A stretch of 64,000 nucleotides of DNA from IMG/VR virus record IMGVR_UViG_3300027126_000001; one strand, written 5' to 3'. The notes below the pieces were generated by a model. That model was not told the DNA's origin. It did not search any database and worked only from the letters and a program-made list of their open reading frames with translations. How positions within the stretch are numbered: the first letter of the stretch is position 1; every line of letters begins with the position of its first letter. Below are positions 23,157 through 32,334 of the stretch, piece after piece. Origin of the DNA: a virus. Taxonomy: Duplodnaviria > Heunggongvirae > Uroviricota > Caudoviricetes. Position numbers and translations under genes: made by a program.

Positions 23157-24733
23157 TCTATAAAGCTATTATTTCCATTTGTACCAGCTGTAAAGTATTT
23201 CTTAAGTCCTGTTTCTGGTGTGAATGTATGTATTGGCGTAAAGTCTATGCTACAGTCCATTACCATTGGCAGTTCCTGCATTGTAGTATCTACTTCTCCT
23301 TCTGGTTCTAGCATTGCTATTTCCCAAGGATATTCTACATTCCAAGAATAGTTTACACTATTCATTACTCCTGGTAGTTCATATATATAATCTCCTACTG
23401 TCATCTTTACTATAGTTCCTCTCATAAATTGACCATTGTCGGCATATGTAGGTGCTGTTGAAGATGCTAAGTATATCATTTTTTGATATAATGGCTTCAT
23501 CTCAGATCTTGTTGCAGCTGCTATTTTAAAAGATAAGCTAATTTTTCTCTGAAAGCCACCGTATACTTGAAAATCTTCTCCTCTACCTAAGTACTTTGTT
23601 GGATTCCACTGCCCTGTATAGTTGTCTGAGAAGTTATCGAGGAATGCTCTGAAGTATAGTACTTTTGTCTCTGTAGGAGTTATTACGTGGAATCTAAATT
23701 TTACAATATCTCTTCCTTCCTCTTCCCCATTTACTTTTGCTGTAACAGGTGCTTGTGCATTTAGTTTATCTATTTCTGCTTTTGTTGCAGAAGTCGTCCA
23801 GTATATGTTATTACTTTTATTTTCATCTTTTCTAGCTCCTTGATCTCCCAGCAGAATTCTGTTTTCCTTTAGTACATTTCCGTTCTTAGTATCTCTTTTA
23901 GACTGTTTATCGATATAACTTCCTGAAACAGTTCCGATAGGCCCTTTGTAACTTCCTGTTACGTTTTGATTGGATATACCTAAAGATCCTGGGGAAGCTG
24001 TTGTATCTTTTTGTAACGGGGCATTAAGTGTTACTGTAGCTCCTGCAATGTTTACATCTACCGGTGTTGTCGGTCCTGCATATATTGGCTTACCTGCTTG
24101 TGCATATATTTGAGCTCCTCTATTTTGTTGAGGTGTATTTAAGTACGTGTCGTAGTCTAATTTGCTTTCGGCTGTAACTTCAAATTTTCCGTCTTCGTTT
24201 TCTTTTCCAAAATTAGACTGTACCTTTCCTGAGATTTCCTCACCTCGTAAAGCAAGTGGTGCTCCTTCTACACCTCCTGCTCCAAAAAATTGGGCAAAAG
24301 CACTTGTAGTATTTCTTCCTGAAGGCTGTAAGTATGTATCTGTTCTAAAGGCGTACACAAAGTGTGTGCCTGTTCCATTTACAGGAACTTGTGCAAGAGT
24401 CGATCCTACAATTTTGGCTGTTTGTTTAACTGTCTCTAGTCCCTGCTTTACAATAGCACCTGCTAAGCTTTTCCCCTTATCCCTATTCTTCTGTAACTTA
24501 TCTTGAATATTTACTTGCTGAAGTAGTGCTTGATTACCTAAAAACTTCAATCCAGGACGGTCAATAAGCATTTTTCCGATTCTAGTTAAATCGTCTACAC
24601 GCTTTGTTATTTGCATATCGACTTGGTTACTAGAAGGAGGGTTATTTATGTCCTTAGTAACGTAGGGCGTATCGCTTCCATAACGAAGACTTTTAAGGTC
24701 TGTTTGGAGATTTATTAATCCTGGTGATGCCAT
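23153..24733 (-). CDS. Baseplate/tube-initiator protein
   Basis: C-terminal LYFRAFLDNFSDNYTGQW...YLGRGE...RKISLSFK...VKMTVGD; position after tape measure. Confidence 0.7.
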   Translation of the reverse strand: MASPGLINLQTDLKSLRYGSDTPYVTKDINNPPSSNQVDMQITKRVDDLTRIGKMLIDRPGLKFLGNQALLQQVNIQDKLQKNRDKGKSLAGAIVKQGLETVKQTAKIVGSTLAQVPVNGTGTHFVYAFRTDTYLQPSGRNTTSAFAQFFGAGGVEGAPLALRGEEISGKVQSNFGKENEDGKFEVTAESKLDYDTYLNTPQQNRGAQIYAQAGKPIYAGPTTPVDVNIAGATVTLNAPLQKDTTASPGSLGISNQNVTGSYKGPIGTVSGSYIDKQSKRDTKNGNVLKENRILLGDQGARKDENKSNNIYWTTSATKAEIDKLNAQAPVTAKVNGEEEGRDIVKFRFHVITPTETKVLYFRAFLDNFSDNYTGQWNPTKYLGRGEDFQVYGGFQRKISLSFKIAAATRSEMKPLYQKMIYLASSTAPTYADNGQFMRGTIVKMTVGDYIYELPGVMNSVNYSWNVEYPWEIAMLEPEGEVDTTMQELPMVMDCSIDFTPIHTFTPETGLKKYFTAGTNGNNSFIE

Positions 24734-24745
24734 ATAGTTTATCTA

Positions 24746-24955
24746 TTATCCTGGTGGATTATCTAGGTATTTTGAAGGTGTTGCTCCGTCTAAATCCAAT
24801 GCAGAAGGAGCTGGTACCGGTACTGTTTGTGTCGGTGTTCCGTTGATTGAATATTTAAAGTGTAAACTTGAGTTAGGATTTGCACTCGGTATTTGCGAAG
24901 GTGTTGCTCCGTCCAATCCTAAATTACTTGTTGGTAATAAGTCTAATAGTCCCAT
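24746..24955 (-). CDS. Small Pro-rich protein with internal repeat
   Basis: LGLDGATPS and LDLDGATPS; TATTTAT motif upstream. Confidence 0.75.
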   Translation of the reverse strand: MGLLDLLPTSNLGLDGATPSQIPSANPNSSLHFKYSINGTPTQTVPVPAPSALDLDGATPSKYLDNPPG

Positions 24956-24980
24956 ATTGTTTATTTTTATTATAAATAGC

Positions 24981-27599
24981 TTACCCTACTGAATGTAGGT
25001 TTAAGCCGATTGATTCGTTTAATTTGTTTGGTCCAATGTAAATATTTTGACCTTGTTTAACTGCTTGTATTAATTCATCTATTTTAGCATAGAACTCTCT
25101 TAATGGTACAACTGCTTCCGGCCCTGCTTCTCCTACTATTGCTCTGGTAGCTCCTGATACAATTCCACCTGTTGCAAATTTTCTCGGTTCCTCTCCCTTT
25201 TCCGGGGAAGATTCGAAGATAGGTCTAACTGCTCCTCCTAATGCTCCAGCTGCATCTGGGAATGTTCCTGCAATCCATTTGAAAAGTGCATCTCCTCCTA
25301 TACTTCCTATAATAGTTCCTATTGGTCCTCCTAATGCTGTACCTACTGCACCTCCCAGTATTCCCCCTAATCCTCCCATAACAATTTTACCAATCTGCTG
25401 GTTTATTGCGTCTTTTCCTAGTGGGTTACCTTTATCATCTATAGGATTTTCAAGTAGTGACTTAATATCTTGGTATGCAAAAAATCCTGTCAGTATTGTA
25501 TTTAGTCCTGGTATTTTTTTCAATGCTGTTTTTAGGAATCCCCCTACTCCGCCCATTCCTTTTATAGAAGATTTTAGTGCTGTGAAAGGGTTAAGTTTAG
25601 ATACCATGTTTTTTGCTCCAGAAAATAGGTTTTTAAAAAAACCACCTCCTCCTCCTGCAGCTGCACCTCCTGCACTCGCTGTCCCGGCACCTGCTCCGCC
25701 TGCAGTTCCCGCTCCAGCGCTACTTGCTGCGGCAGCAACTCCTCCGCCTCCGCCTCCGGCTGCTGTTGTTGCTGATGTAACTTTACCTGACATACCTTTA
25801 AACATGTTGCCTAGGTTCTTTACCATTCCTCCTAGTTTGGCAGGTCCCATTAGTGCAGTCATCAATAGTAGTCCTTTTGTAATGATGTCTACATGTTTTC
25901 CAATAAATTCAAAAGCTGCTGCAATTGGTTTAAGTATTATATTAAGCTTATCCATAGCTTCACCCATTTTTAACATGGCTTCAGCTTGTTTATCTGCTAC
26001 TGTCTGGTTCTCTCTCTGCTCTATTAACGCCTTACTTCCTAGATCTTTCTGCAATTTTTGCATAGCTTCCTTAGCCTTATCTAGCTTTCCTTGTTGTTCA
26101 AGAAGTTTAATTCTTTCAAGTTCTTTATCTACTGCTTCATCTAGGGAAGCTTTATCTTTAACTTTGAAAGATGCCATAGCTTTAGCTTCTGCAGACATAT
26201 TTGCCATCTGGTCTAACTGCAATCCATAGGCTTTAGCAATTGCTTCCTGTTCTAATACTGTTTTAGCAGCATCAAATTTCTGTAATGCTTGATCTTCTTG
26301 TAAAGCTTTTGCTAATGCTTCTTGATCTCCCATCAAAGCAGCAGCTCTTGCTTTTTCGTTGTTAATCTCTTTTCCTGATAGTAGTTCTGCTTCTAATTCT
26401 GCTGCAATAGATTCTTCGAAGTTTAACATGTTCTTTCCTGCAGCTGCAATTTCTTCTATACTACTCCCTAACTTTTTAGCTTCTATACTTGCTTGAGCTA
26501 AACTCTTACCTTGTCCTTGAATTAAAGCTTTTGTAGCATTACTTGTTTTCGATATATCCTTGGTTATCGCTTTATAATCAATTCCTAACTTATTTCTCTT
26601 ATTTGAAAGTATAACTTCTCCTGTTATGCTTTCAACCATTTCGGTATAATCTTGGTTTGTACCTGCTGCGTATATTGCTAATGAATTAGCCTCTTCGCTA
26701 GACATCCCTAGATACTTAGTTTGAGTTGCTAATGTTTTAGCGGTTTCTCGAGAGATTACTGCAGATGTACCTAAAGCGTTTGAAAAACCTACTACAGAAT
26801 CTGTTAAATCCTTCCCTGTAAGTCCTTGAATAGATCTTGCTGCCTTATTCATAGACATAACCATTCTATCACTTTCTTCCCTGCTTACATTTAGGTTTCT
26901 CCCTATCGCTACGGTTCTTTCATCAAAATCCTTTAATCCAGATACTATTTTACCTATCGTAAATGCAGCTATAAATTTAGTAAAGACTCCTCCTAATTGC
27001 TTAGCACCGGCTGCAAATCCGTTTTTACCTTCTGCAGCTGCGTTTCTAGCAGCATCTGAAGCTTTTTGAAATTCTCCAAAAACTTTGCTTAGTACTGGAA
27101 CATCTTTTACAAGGTCTGATAGGTTATCAAAAAATTTAGACTGTTTACTTATTTCTTCAAATGTCTTCTTTAAATCTTCTGCATGATCTACACTTGCTTC
27201 TATTGTCTTATCTACTTCTTTAAGTCCGTCAATAGCTTTCTTTATATAATCTGCTTCTTTACCTTTTGCATTAACAAGTTTATCTTGTAAAACTCCTATT
27301 TTAGATTGTATCCTGGATTGCTCTTGTTGTAGTTTTGATAAGTCTTTTAGGAACTTTACTTCCTCTTTTCTATCTTTTAACTGATCTGCAGTATACCCTG
27401 ATAGCTTATTTCCTAAACTTAATGCCTCTCTGAAGCTCTCTGTATAGTTTTTTGCCGAGTCTCCGGTAAATCTTTCTGCTGCTCTAGCATTATCTCCTAA
27501 TGCTTTTGCGAGATCGTTTAATACCGAAACTAACTCTGCTGATGCTTTGTTAAATTCCTGTAATTCTTGAGTGCTGCTTGTAATAGTCTTTTTTGCCAT
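24981..27599 (-). CDS. Tail tape measure protein
   Basis: 872 aa, Ala/Lys-rich helical, Gly-rich C-terminal stretch, KFATGGIV...IVGEAGPEAVVP; follows chaperone genes. Confidence 0.85.
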   Translation of the reverse strand: MAKKTITSSTQELQEFNKASAELVSVLNDLAKALGDNARAAERFTGDSAKNYTESFREALSLGNKLSGYTADQLKDRKEEVKFLKDLSKLQQEQSRIQSKIGVLQDKLVNAKGKEADYIKKAIDGLKEVDKTIEASVDHAEDLKKTFEEISKQSKFFDNLSDLVKDVPVLSKVFGEFQKASDAARNAAAEGKNGFAAGAKQLGGVFTKFIAAFTIGKIVSGLKDFDERTVAIGRNLNVSREESDRMVMSMNKAARSIQGLTGKDLTDSVVGFSNALGTSAVISRETAKTLATQTKYLGMSSEEANSLAIYAAGTNQDYTEMVESITGEVILSNKRNKLGIDYKAITKDISKTSNATKALIQGQGKSLAQASIEAKKLGSSIEEIAAAGKNMLNFEESIAAELEAELLSGKEINNEKARAAALMGDQEALAKALQEDQALQKFDAAKTVLEQEAIAKAYGLQLDQMANMSAEAKAMASFKVKDKASLDEAVDKELERIKLLEQQGKLDKAKEAMQKLQKDLGSKALIEQRENQTVADKQAEAMLKMGEAMDKLNIILKPIAAAFEFIGKHVDIITKGLLLMTALMGPAKLGGMVKNLGNMFKGMSGKVTSATTAAGGGGGGVAAAASSAGAGTAGGAGAGTASAGGAAAGGGGGFFKNLFSGAKNMVSKLNPFTALKSSIKGMGGVGGFLKTALKKIPGLNTILTGFFAYQDIKSLLENPIDDKGNPLGKDAINQQIGKIVMGGLGGILGGAVGTALGGPIGTIIGSIGGDALFKWIAGTFPDAAGALGGAVRPIFESSPEKGEEPRKFATGGIVSGATRAIVGEAGPEAVVPLREFYAKIDELIQAVKQGQNIYIGPNKLNESIGLNLHSVG

Positions 27600-27637
27600 T
27601 TTCTAACAATAGTGTTTAGTATAAATAGAAAAAGATA

Positions 27638-27910
27638 TCACTTCTGTGATACCTTTGTCTGATATGTGGGTTTTATGTGTTTATTTTCATTTCTTAGGAG
27701 TTCTGCCATTTGTTTTCCCTGTTCTACAGCATTCTGTGTAGTATCTTTGCTATTAGTCTCTTCATAAGCTTCTACAATCTTATTGTATATAAATCTCCTT
27801 GTAGATATGGGTAAATTATAAACATCAAACCATGTGTACCCTCCTTTTCCGTAGAACACTATTTCGTGTAACTGTGTAAAGAGCTTTAACCTATACTCCG
27901 GCGTCAGGCC
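27638..27910 (-). CDS. Frameshift-accessed C-terminal extension of the tail assembly chaperone
   Basis: Reading frame open from the T7 tract: GLTPEYRLKLFTQLHEIVFYGKGGYTW...; no ATG start of its own. Confidence 0.75.
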   Translation of the reverse strand, partial: GLTPEYRLKLFTQLHEIVFYGKGGYTWFDVYNLPISTRRFIYNKIVEAYEETNSKDTTQNAVEQGKQMAELLRNENKHIKPTYQTKVSQK

Positions 27911-28637
27911 AAAAAAAGCTAATCCCTACAGGTAGATCGACGTCCTCCTCTTCGCCTTCACTATTTGTTACAGATACTTTCATATTTAAGTCTGGAGATA
28001 TTTCTGAATAATATTTTCTAAAGGCTCTAATGTCTATTGCTAAGAAGTACTGATTTACAAACTCTCTAATATCTTTTCTTTCTATACTTCCGTTAACAGA
28101 TGTTATTAAGTGTGCAAGTCTTACAGTGACTTCGTTTTTACTATCTTTATTCAACTTCTGTAAACCTTTTATTTCTTGATCTATCTTACCTTCATCATTA
28201 TGGGAAAGAATCTTAAATGTTATTTGATTACCTGTGTTTGGTAGTGTAAATTCAAACTCATTTTTTGTAGCTTTTTCAAAATCTGGATGTAACGGTTTAG
28301 GTTGAATTGAGGATAGGTCTATTGATTGTGGTACTTTATCGTACTCGAAATCATAACTAGCACCGTAGGAGAGTATCCTAGCAGCTATCATAATTGCATT
28401 CTTATCTCCTACTAGTAACTCTCCGTAATCAATAGGAGTTACAATTAAAGACTGTAAAAGTTTATCTATTACAGTTCCTTGTTTAATGTAATTTGTATTT
28501 GTAATGATATCCTCTTCGCGAGCTGTCATATACTTCATCTCGATTTTCCCTGATGCTAGGGGAGAATCTTTGGCATATAGTAATCCTTTTGAAGGAAGTT
28601 CTACTGTTTCAGTAGGGAGTTTAAATTTTTGTTCCAT
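27891..28637 (-). CDS. Tail assembly chaperone / baseplate hub assembly protein (gp26-like)
   Basis: ELPSKGLLY...MTAREEDI...VGDKNAIMIAARILSYG; ends SFFWPDAGV. Confidence 0.8.
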   Translation of the reverse strand: MEQKFKLPTETVELPSKGLLYAKDSPLASGKIEMKYMTAREEDIITNTNYIKQGTVIDKLLQSLIVTPIDYGELLVGDKNAIMIAARILSYGASYDFEYDKVPQSIDLSSIQPKPLHPDFEKATKNEFEFTLPNTGNQITFKILSHNDEGKIDQEIKGLQKLNKDSKNEVTVRLAHLITSVNGSIERKDIREFVNQYFLAIDIRAFRKYYSEISPDLNMKVSVTNSEGEEEDVDLPVGISFFWPDAGV

Positions 28638-28669
28638 AAATTTTATTTGTTAGTAACTATTTCTATATA

Positions 28670-28700
28670 TAAATATACGAATAAAACTTTTTTAAAACAA
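28670..28700 (-). promoter_or_regulatory. Bacteroidota-type promoter
   Basis: TTG-N20-TATATTTA. Confidence 0.7.
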
Positions 28701-28706
28701 CAAAGC

Positions 28707-29354
28707 CTACTTTCCTTTATAGATTTTCCAGCCTCTTTCTGCGATACCCTCTTTGTGCCTTAGTCTACATTGTAGTGTTGAGTAAGCTATTCCTGTAAGT
28801 TTTGAAAGTTCTGGGTAGCTACCTGCTGTATGTTTCTGTCCTGATTCAAAGATGACTGTGTAAGGTCCTTTTGCAGCTTTTGCCTGTAAACCTGTTTTTC
28901 CTGTTTGATCCTGCCTCCTTGCTTGGGCCACTCTCTGTCTACCCTCTTCACTCATATCAGATTTCATTCCTTTATAAACTCTTGAGGAATTGTTTGTATT
29001 TCCTTTCTGAGCTGTTCCTATGTTCTTTTTGTGTTCTTCTGTTTTTTTTCTCTTCCACAGGTCCTGTAAAATTCTTCTAGCGTCTCCATACTGCTCTTCT
29101 GTTAGTTGCCTTTTTCCATCATAAGAAATTCTATGAAAAGCCCATAGCATTTTTCTACTATAGATTGAATGCCCTTTCCAATACTCTGCTAATATCTTAT
29201 GAACTGTATAATGTTCTTCAGGAGTTAACAATACTGTGGTTGATTTTTTACCAAAGCTTTTCGGAATAATGTGGTGTGCTTCATAATATATTCCTGCTTC
29301 CTTTTCTCTGTCCTCTACTATAGCTTGTCTAATAATCTTAAAATACTGTTCCAT
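28707..29354 (-). CDS. HNH homing endonuclease inserted after the tail tube gene
   Basis: YYEAHHIIPKSFG...LLTPEEHYTVHKIL; KKTEEHKKNIG. Confidence 0.85.
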   Translation of the reverse strand: MEQYFKIIRQAIVEDREKEAGIYYEAHHIIPKSFGKKSTTVLLTPEEHYTVHKILAEYWKGHSIYSRKMLWAFHRISYDGKRQLTEEQYGDARRILQDLWKRKKTEEHKKNIGTAQKGNTNNSSRVYKGMKSDMSEEGRQRVAQARRQDQTGKTGLQAKAAKGPYTVIFESGQKHTAGSYPELSKLTGIAYSTLQCRLRHKEGIAERGWKIYKGK

Positions 29355-29423
29355 AAAAAATGCCTATTTACTTTATTATAAATAGACATAAATTATGTAA
29401 ACCAATAATTCAGTATACGGTAT

Positions 29424-29912
29424 TTAGTAGTTGAGGACGCAAAAATCCATTGCTACTGAAATTCCTATCTCTACTAATCCGTCAGCAGAAGTCCAGTCAA
29501 ATTGACCAAAGTCGCCTTTTGTTAAAAAAGCTCCTTTGATAATCCACTCTCCTACGATATCCCCTACAGGACCTAAGATGTTTAAAGTTAAATCTTTCTT
29601 ATAGAAATCTGAATAACCTGCTCTACCGGTTACTGATTCATATCCTAAACGAGCCCATTCCATTACAGCTTGTGCTCCAGAAGGAGTGATTGGTGAATAT
29701 AAAGTCATATCCATATCTTGCCACTCTCTTTTACCTCTTATTTTTCTGTAAGAGTTGATGTGATCAAGTTTAATAACTCCATCTTGAAAAGAAGGTGCTT
29801 TCACGTTTTTAACCATGAATGCTGGGATATTGTCTATATACATTACGAACCTGTGTTGAACCATTGGTTCAAAAGCTCTAAACATTATTTCATTAGGATC
29901 TAATACTGCCAT
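29424..29912 (-). CDS. Tail tube protein (gp19-like)
   Basis: FEPMVQHRF...WQDMDMTLY...YKKDLTLNILGPVG...W. Confidence 0.9.
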   Translation of the reverse strand: MAVLDPNEIMFRAFEPMVQHRFVMYIDNIPAFMVKNVKAPSFQDGVIKLDHINSYRKIRGKREWQDMDMTLYSPITPSGAQAVMEWARLGYESVTGRAGYSDFYKKDLTLNILGPVGDIVGEWIIKGAFLTKGDFGQFDWTSADGLVEIGISVAMDFCVLNY

Positions 29913-29957
29913 TTTATTTTCTTATTATTTAATTATAAATATCTACTGTTTAGATTC

Positions 29958-31748
29958 TTATGCAAATGTTGCTCCTGTTGGTTCAATTGTAAAGTCTAAC
30001 ACAACGAATTCAATTGTTTTAGTTGGTTGAATAAAGATCTGACCTACTAATTGATTTCTATCTACAACATCTGCTGTGTTGTTTGAATCGTCCATTACCA
30101 CTCTATATGCATAAAGTCCTTGTCTTTGTACTACTGATTCTAAATATGGATTTACCGTCGCTAAGAATCTATTTCTAGTTGCTATACTATTCTGTTCAAA
30201 TACTAAGTTTCTTGCTTGGTCACCGATAAACTTCTTAAGTTCTATTAACAATCTTCTAACGTTTACTCTATCTAAAGCTGATGCTTTTGTTTGTAATGTT
30301 TTCTGTCCGAATACTGAAATACCTGTTCCTGGGAATGTAGCAATTGGATTTACTTTTCCTAAGTATAATGTATCTCTATCTCCTTTTGTTAATTTTCTTT
30401 CTGCTTGAATAACTCCTGCTAAACCTCCTCTTACAAGTCCTGCTGGTGCAAACCATGGTGCTGAAGCATTATCTGTAAATGCATATACTCCTGGGATTAC
30501 TGTTCCTGCTGGTGCATATTCGTTTCTACCTGTAGCTGACTGTACTTGTACCCAAGGCCAGTAAGTTGCTGCATATGAACTATTAATTGCTGCTGCTTGA
30601 GTTGTTACATATGATATTACAGATCCTGTTGGAACTAAGTCCACTACTGCAATACAGTCTCCTCTATCTTCTGCTAAAGAGATAACCGAGTCAATTACGT
30701 TTTTAGCATTTCTAGTACCACCTCCTTGTGCTGTTGTACCATATACCAATCCCGGTGTAGATATTATGTTGTACTGGTATTCATCTCTATTTGATAATAA
30801 TGAAATAGCTGTTGCATAGTTATCCCCTACCAGCCCTTGTGCATCTGTAGTTGTAGTACCGGTTCCTAAACTTGCAAAATAAGTAGCTCCTGATTTAACA
30901 GCTCCTGTTGCATTGTAAAATGATCCCGATGTTGCTACCGGTAATGAAGCTGAGTATGAAGTATTTGCTGAATCTCTATTTACAGTTATTCCGTCTGTAC
31001 TTAGGTAGTTCGGTGTAGCTAGATTTACTGCACTTACTCTAACGAAGTTTGACCTATTAGGGTAAGTTCCTTCTTTATAAATATACGATGTTGTTCCATC
31101 TGTACCTACTCTTGTATATTGATTACCAATTACTGCTTCAATATAGTTTGTTGAATTTGGATCTAAAGATACATTAGTAAATGTTTCAAGAGTTATTGGA
31201 TTATTTGTATTATCATCCCCCTGTCTTATAAGTAATGTAAATGTTCCTTGAGCATTATTAACATTTTGAATTTGCCATCTTATATTATCAGCTGAACCTG
31301 TTGTTAAAGATCCATCAGGGTTGATATATGAAGCTCCTCCTGATATAGCACTTGTTACTGTTGCTGCGTTATTGTACATTGCCCCTTTTCCTAGAGTTTT
31401 AAGTTCAAAAGGTGTGCTTGCTTTTGCAGATGATGAAATATATGTACTAGTTGCTGAATCGTATGCTCCTGATACAACTCTTGTAATTAATGCTGTTCCT
31501 CCTCCTTGAGAAAAATAATTTTTTACCGCTACAGAAGTTAGAAATTCGTAGTTTGAAGAACCTGATGTAAATGTCTCACCGAACTTTCTTGTGAAGTCGT
31601 TGTAAGAGGTAACAATAGTAGGCTGATTATCCGGTCCTTTTACTGTTGGTCCAATGAATGCTGCTCCTGCTTGTACTGGTGCCGGTGTTATGAAGGAGAT
31701 GTCATTCTCTCTTGTCAACACTCCTGGAGAAATAATTGATTCTGCCAT
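29958..31748 (-). CDS. Tail sheath protein (gp18-like)
   Basis: SPGVLTREND, PWFAPAGLVRG, VNPIATFPG, FGQKTL, RVNVRRL. Confidence 0.95.
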   Translation of the reverse strand: MAESIISPGVLTRENDISFITPAPVQAGAAFIGPTVKGPDNQPTIVTSYNDFTRKFGETFTSGSSNYEFLTSVAVKNYFSQGGGTALITRVVSGAYDSATSTYISSSAKASTPFELKTLGKGAMYNNAATVTSAISGGASYINPDGSLTTGSADNIRWQIQNVNNAQGTFTLLIRQGDDNTNNPITLETFTNVSLDPNSTNYIEAVIGNQYTRVGTDGTTSYIYKEGTYPNRSNFVRVSAVNLATPNYLSTDGITVNRDSANTSYSASLPVATSGSFYNATGAVKSGATYFASLGTGTTTTDAQGLVGDNYATAISLLSNRDEYQYNIISTPGLVYGTTAQGGGTRNAKNVIDSVISLAEDRGDCIAVVDLVPTGSVISYVTTQAAAINSSYAATYWPWVQVQSATGRNEYAPAGTVIPGVYAFTDNASAPWFAPAGLVRGGLAGVIQAERKLTKGDRDTLYLGKVNPIATFPGTGISVFGQKTLQTKASALDRVNVRRLLIELKKFIGDQARNLVFEQNSIATRNRFLATVNPYLESVVQRQGLYAYRVVMDDSNNTADVVDRNQLVGQIFIQPTKTIEFVVLDFTIEPTGATFA

Positions 31749-31877
31749 GTTTTTTGTTTAGTTTAATTTGATTTTACAAAGATGTTTTTATTAAAAATAA
31801 GCACACCTTGTTTACGTAGGTATTCTATTTTCTAATAAATAGCAAAGTGTAGTCGAAACCTTTATTAGAAATGTTTA

Positions 31878-32129
31878 CTATATCGGTATTATTTCTCCTG
31901 TATCGATGTCGATTGAACACTTTCCATATATTTGCTCAAGGTGCTGTGCAAGTGCTTTTGATTGTTGTTGTATTTGTGCAAGCATGTTGTGCACCTCTCG
32001 CTGTCTTGTTTTTATGTTTAGCTTTTCAACTTCAATAATTCCTAGTTGAGTTATTATTTGCTTTTCCTGTTGCTGTAACTCTTGTAATTGCTCCAGTTCT
32101 TGTTGTTGTAACTTTGTTTGTTTTTCCAT
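31878..32129 (-). CDS. Small coiled-coil protein
   Basis: Gln-rich heptads; C-terminal YGKCSIDIDTGEI. Confidence 0.7.
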   Translation of the reverse strand: MEKQTKLQQQELEQLQELQQQEKQIITQLGIIEVEKLNIKTRQREVHNMLAQIQQQSKALAQHLEQIYGKCSIDIDTGEIIPI

Positions 32130-32140
32130 AACGTTTGTTT

Positions 32141-32332
32141 TTACTCTAATGTTTCAGGTAGTTCTTCTACATATTCCATGTCACTTGCAAGTGATGGGTG
32201 TGCTAATATATAGTAGTTATTATCAATTAAGTAAATATCACTCCACTTCATTCCGTTTTGATATTTTTGATTTTGTGATACCTGTATGTTATAGTTTTCA
32301 CACTGTTGGTAAGTCCCTTTGTAATGTTTCAT
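32141..32332 (-). CDS. Hypothetical protein (possible fiber assembly factor)
   Basis: 63-aa ORF following fiber genes. Confidence 0.6.
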   Translation of the reverse strand: MKHYKGTYQQCENYNIQVSQNQKYQNGMKWSDIYLIDNNYYILAHPSLASDMEYVEELPETLE

Positions 32333-32334
32333 AA

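Noticed and set aside
25279-26229. 316-aa plus-strand Pro/Ala-rich ORF
   Set aside because: Antisense shadow of the Gly/Ala-rich tape measure; no promoter or family motif
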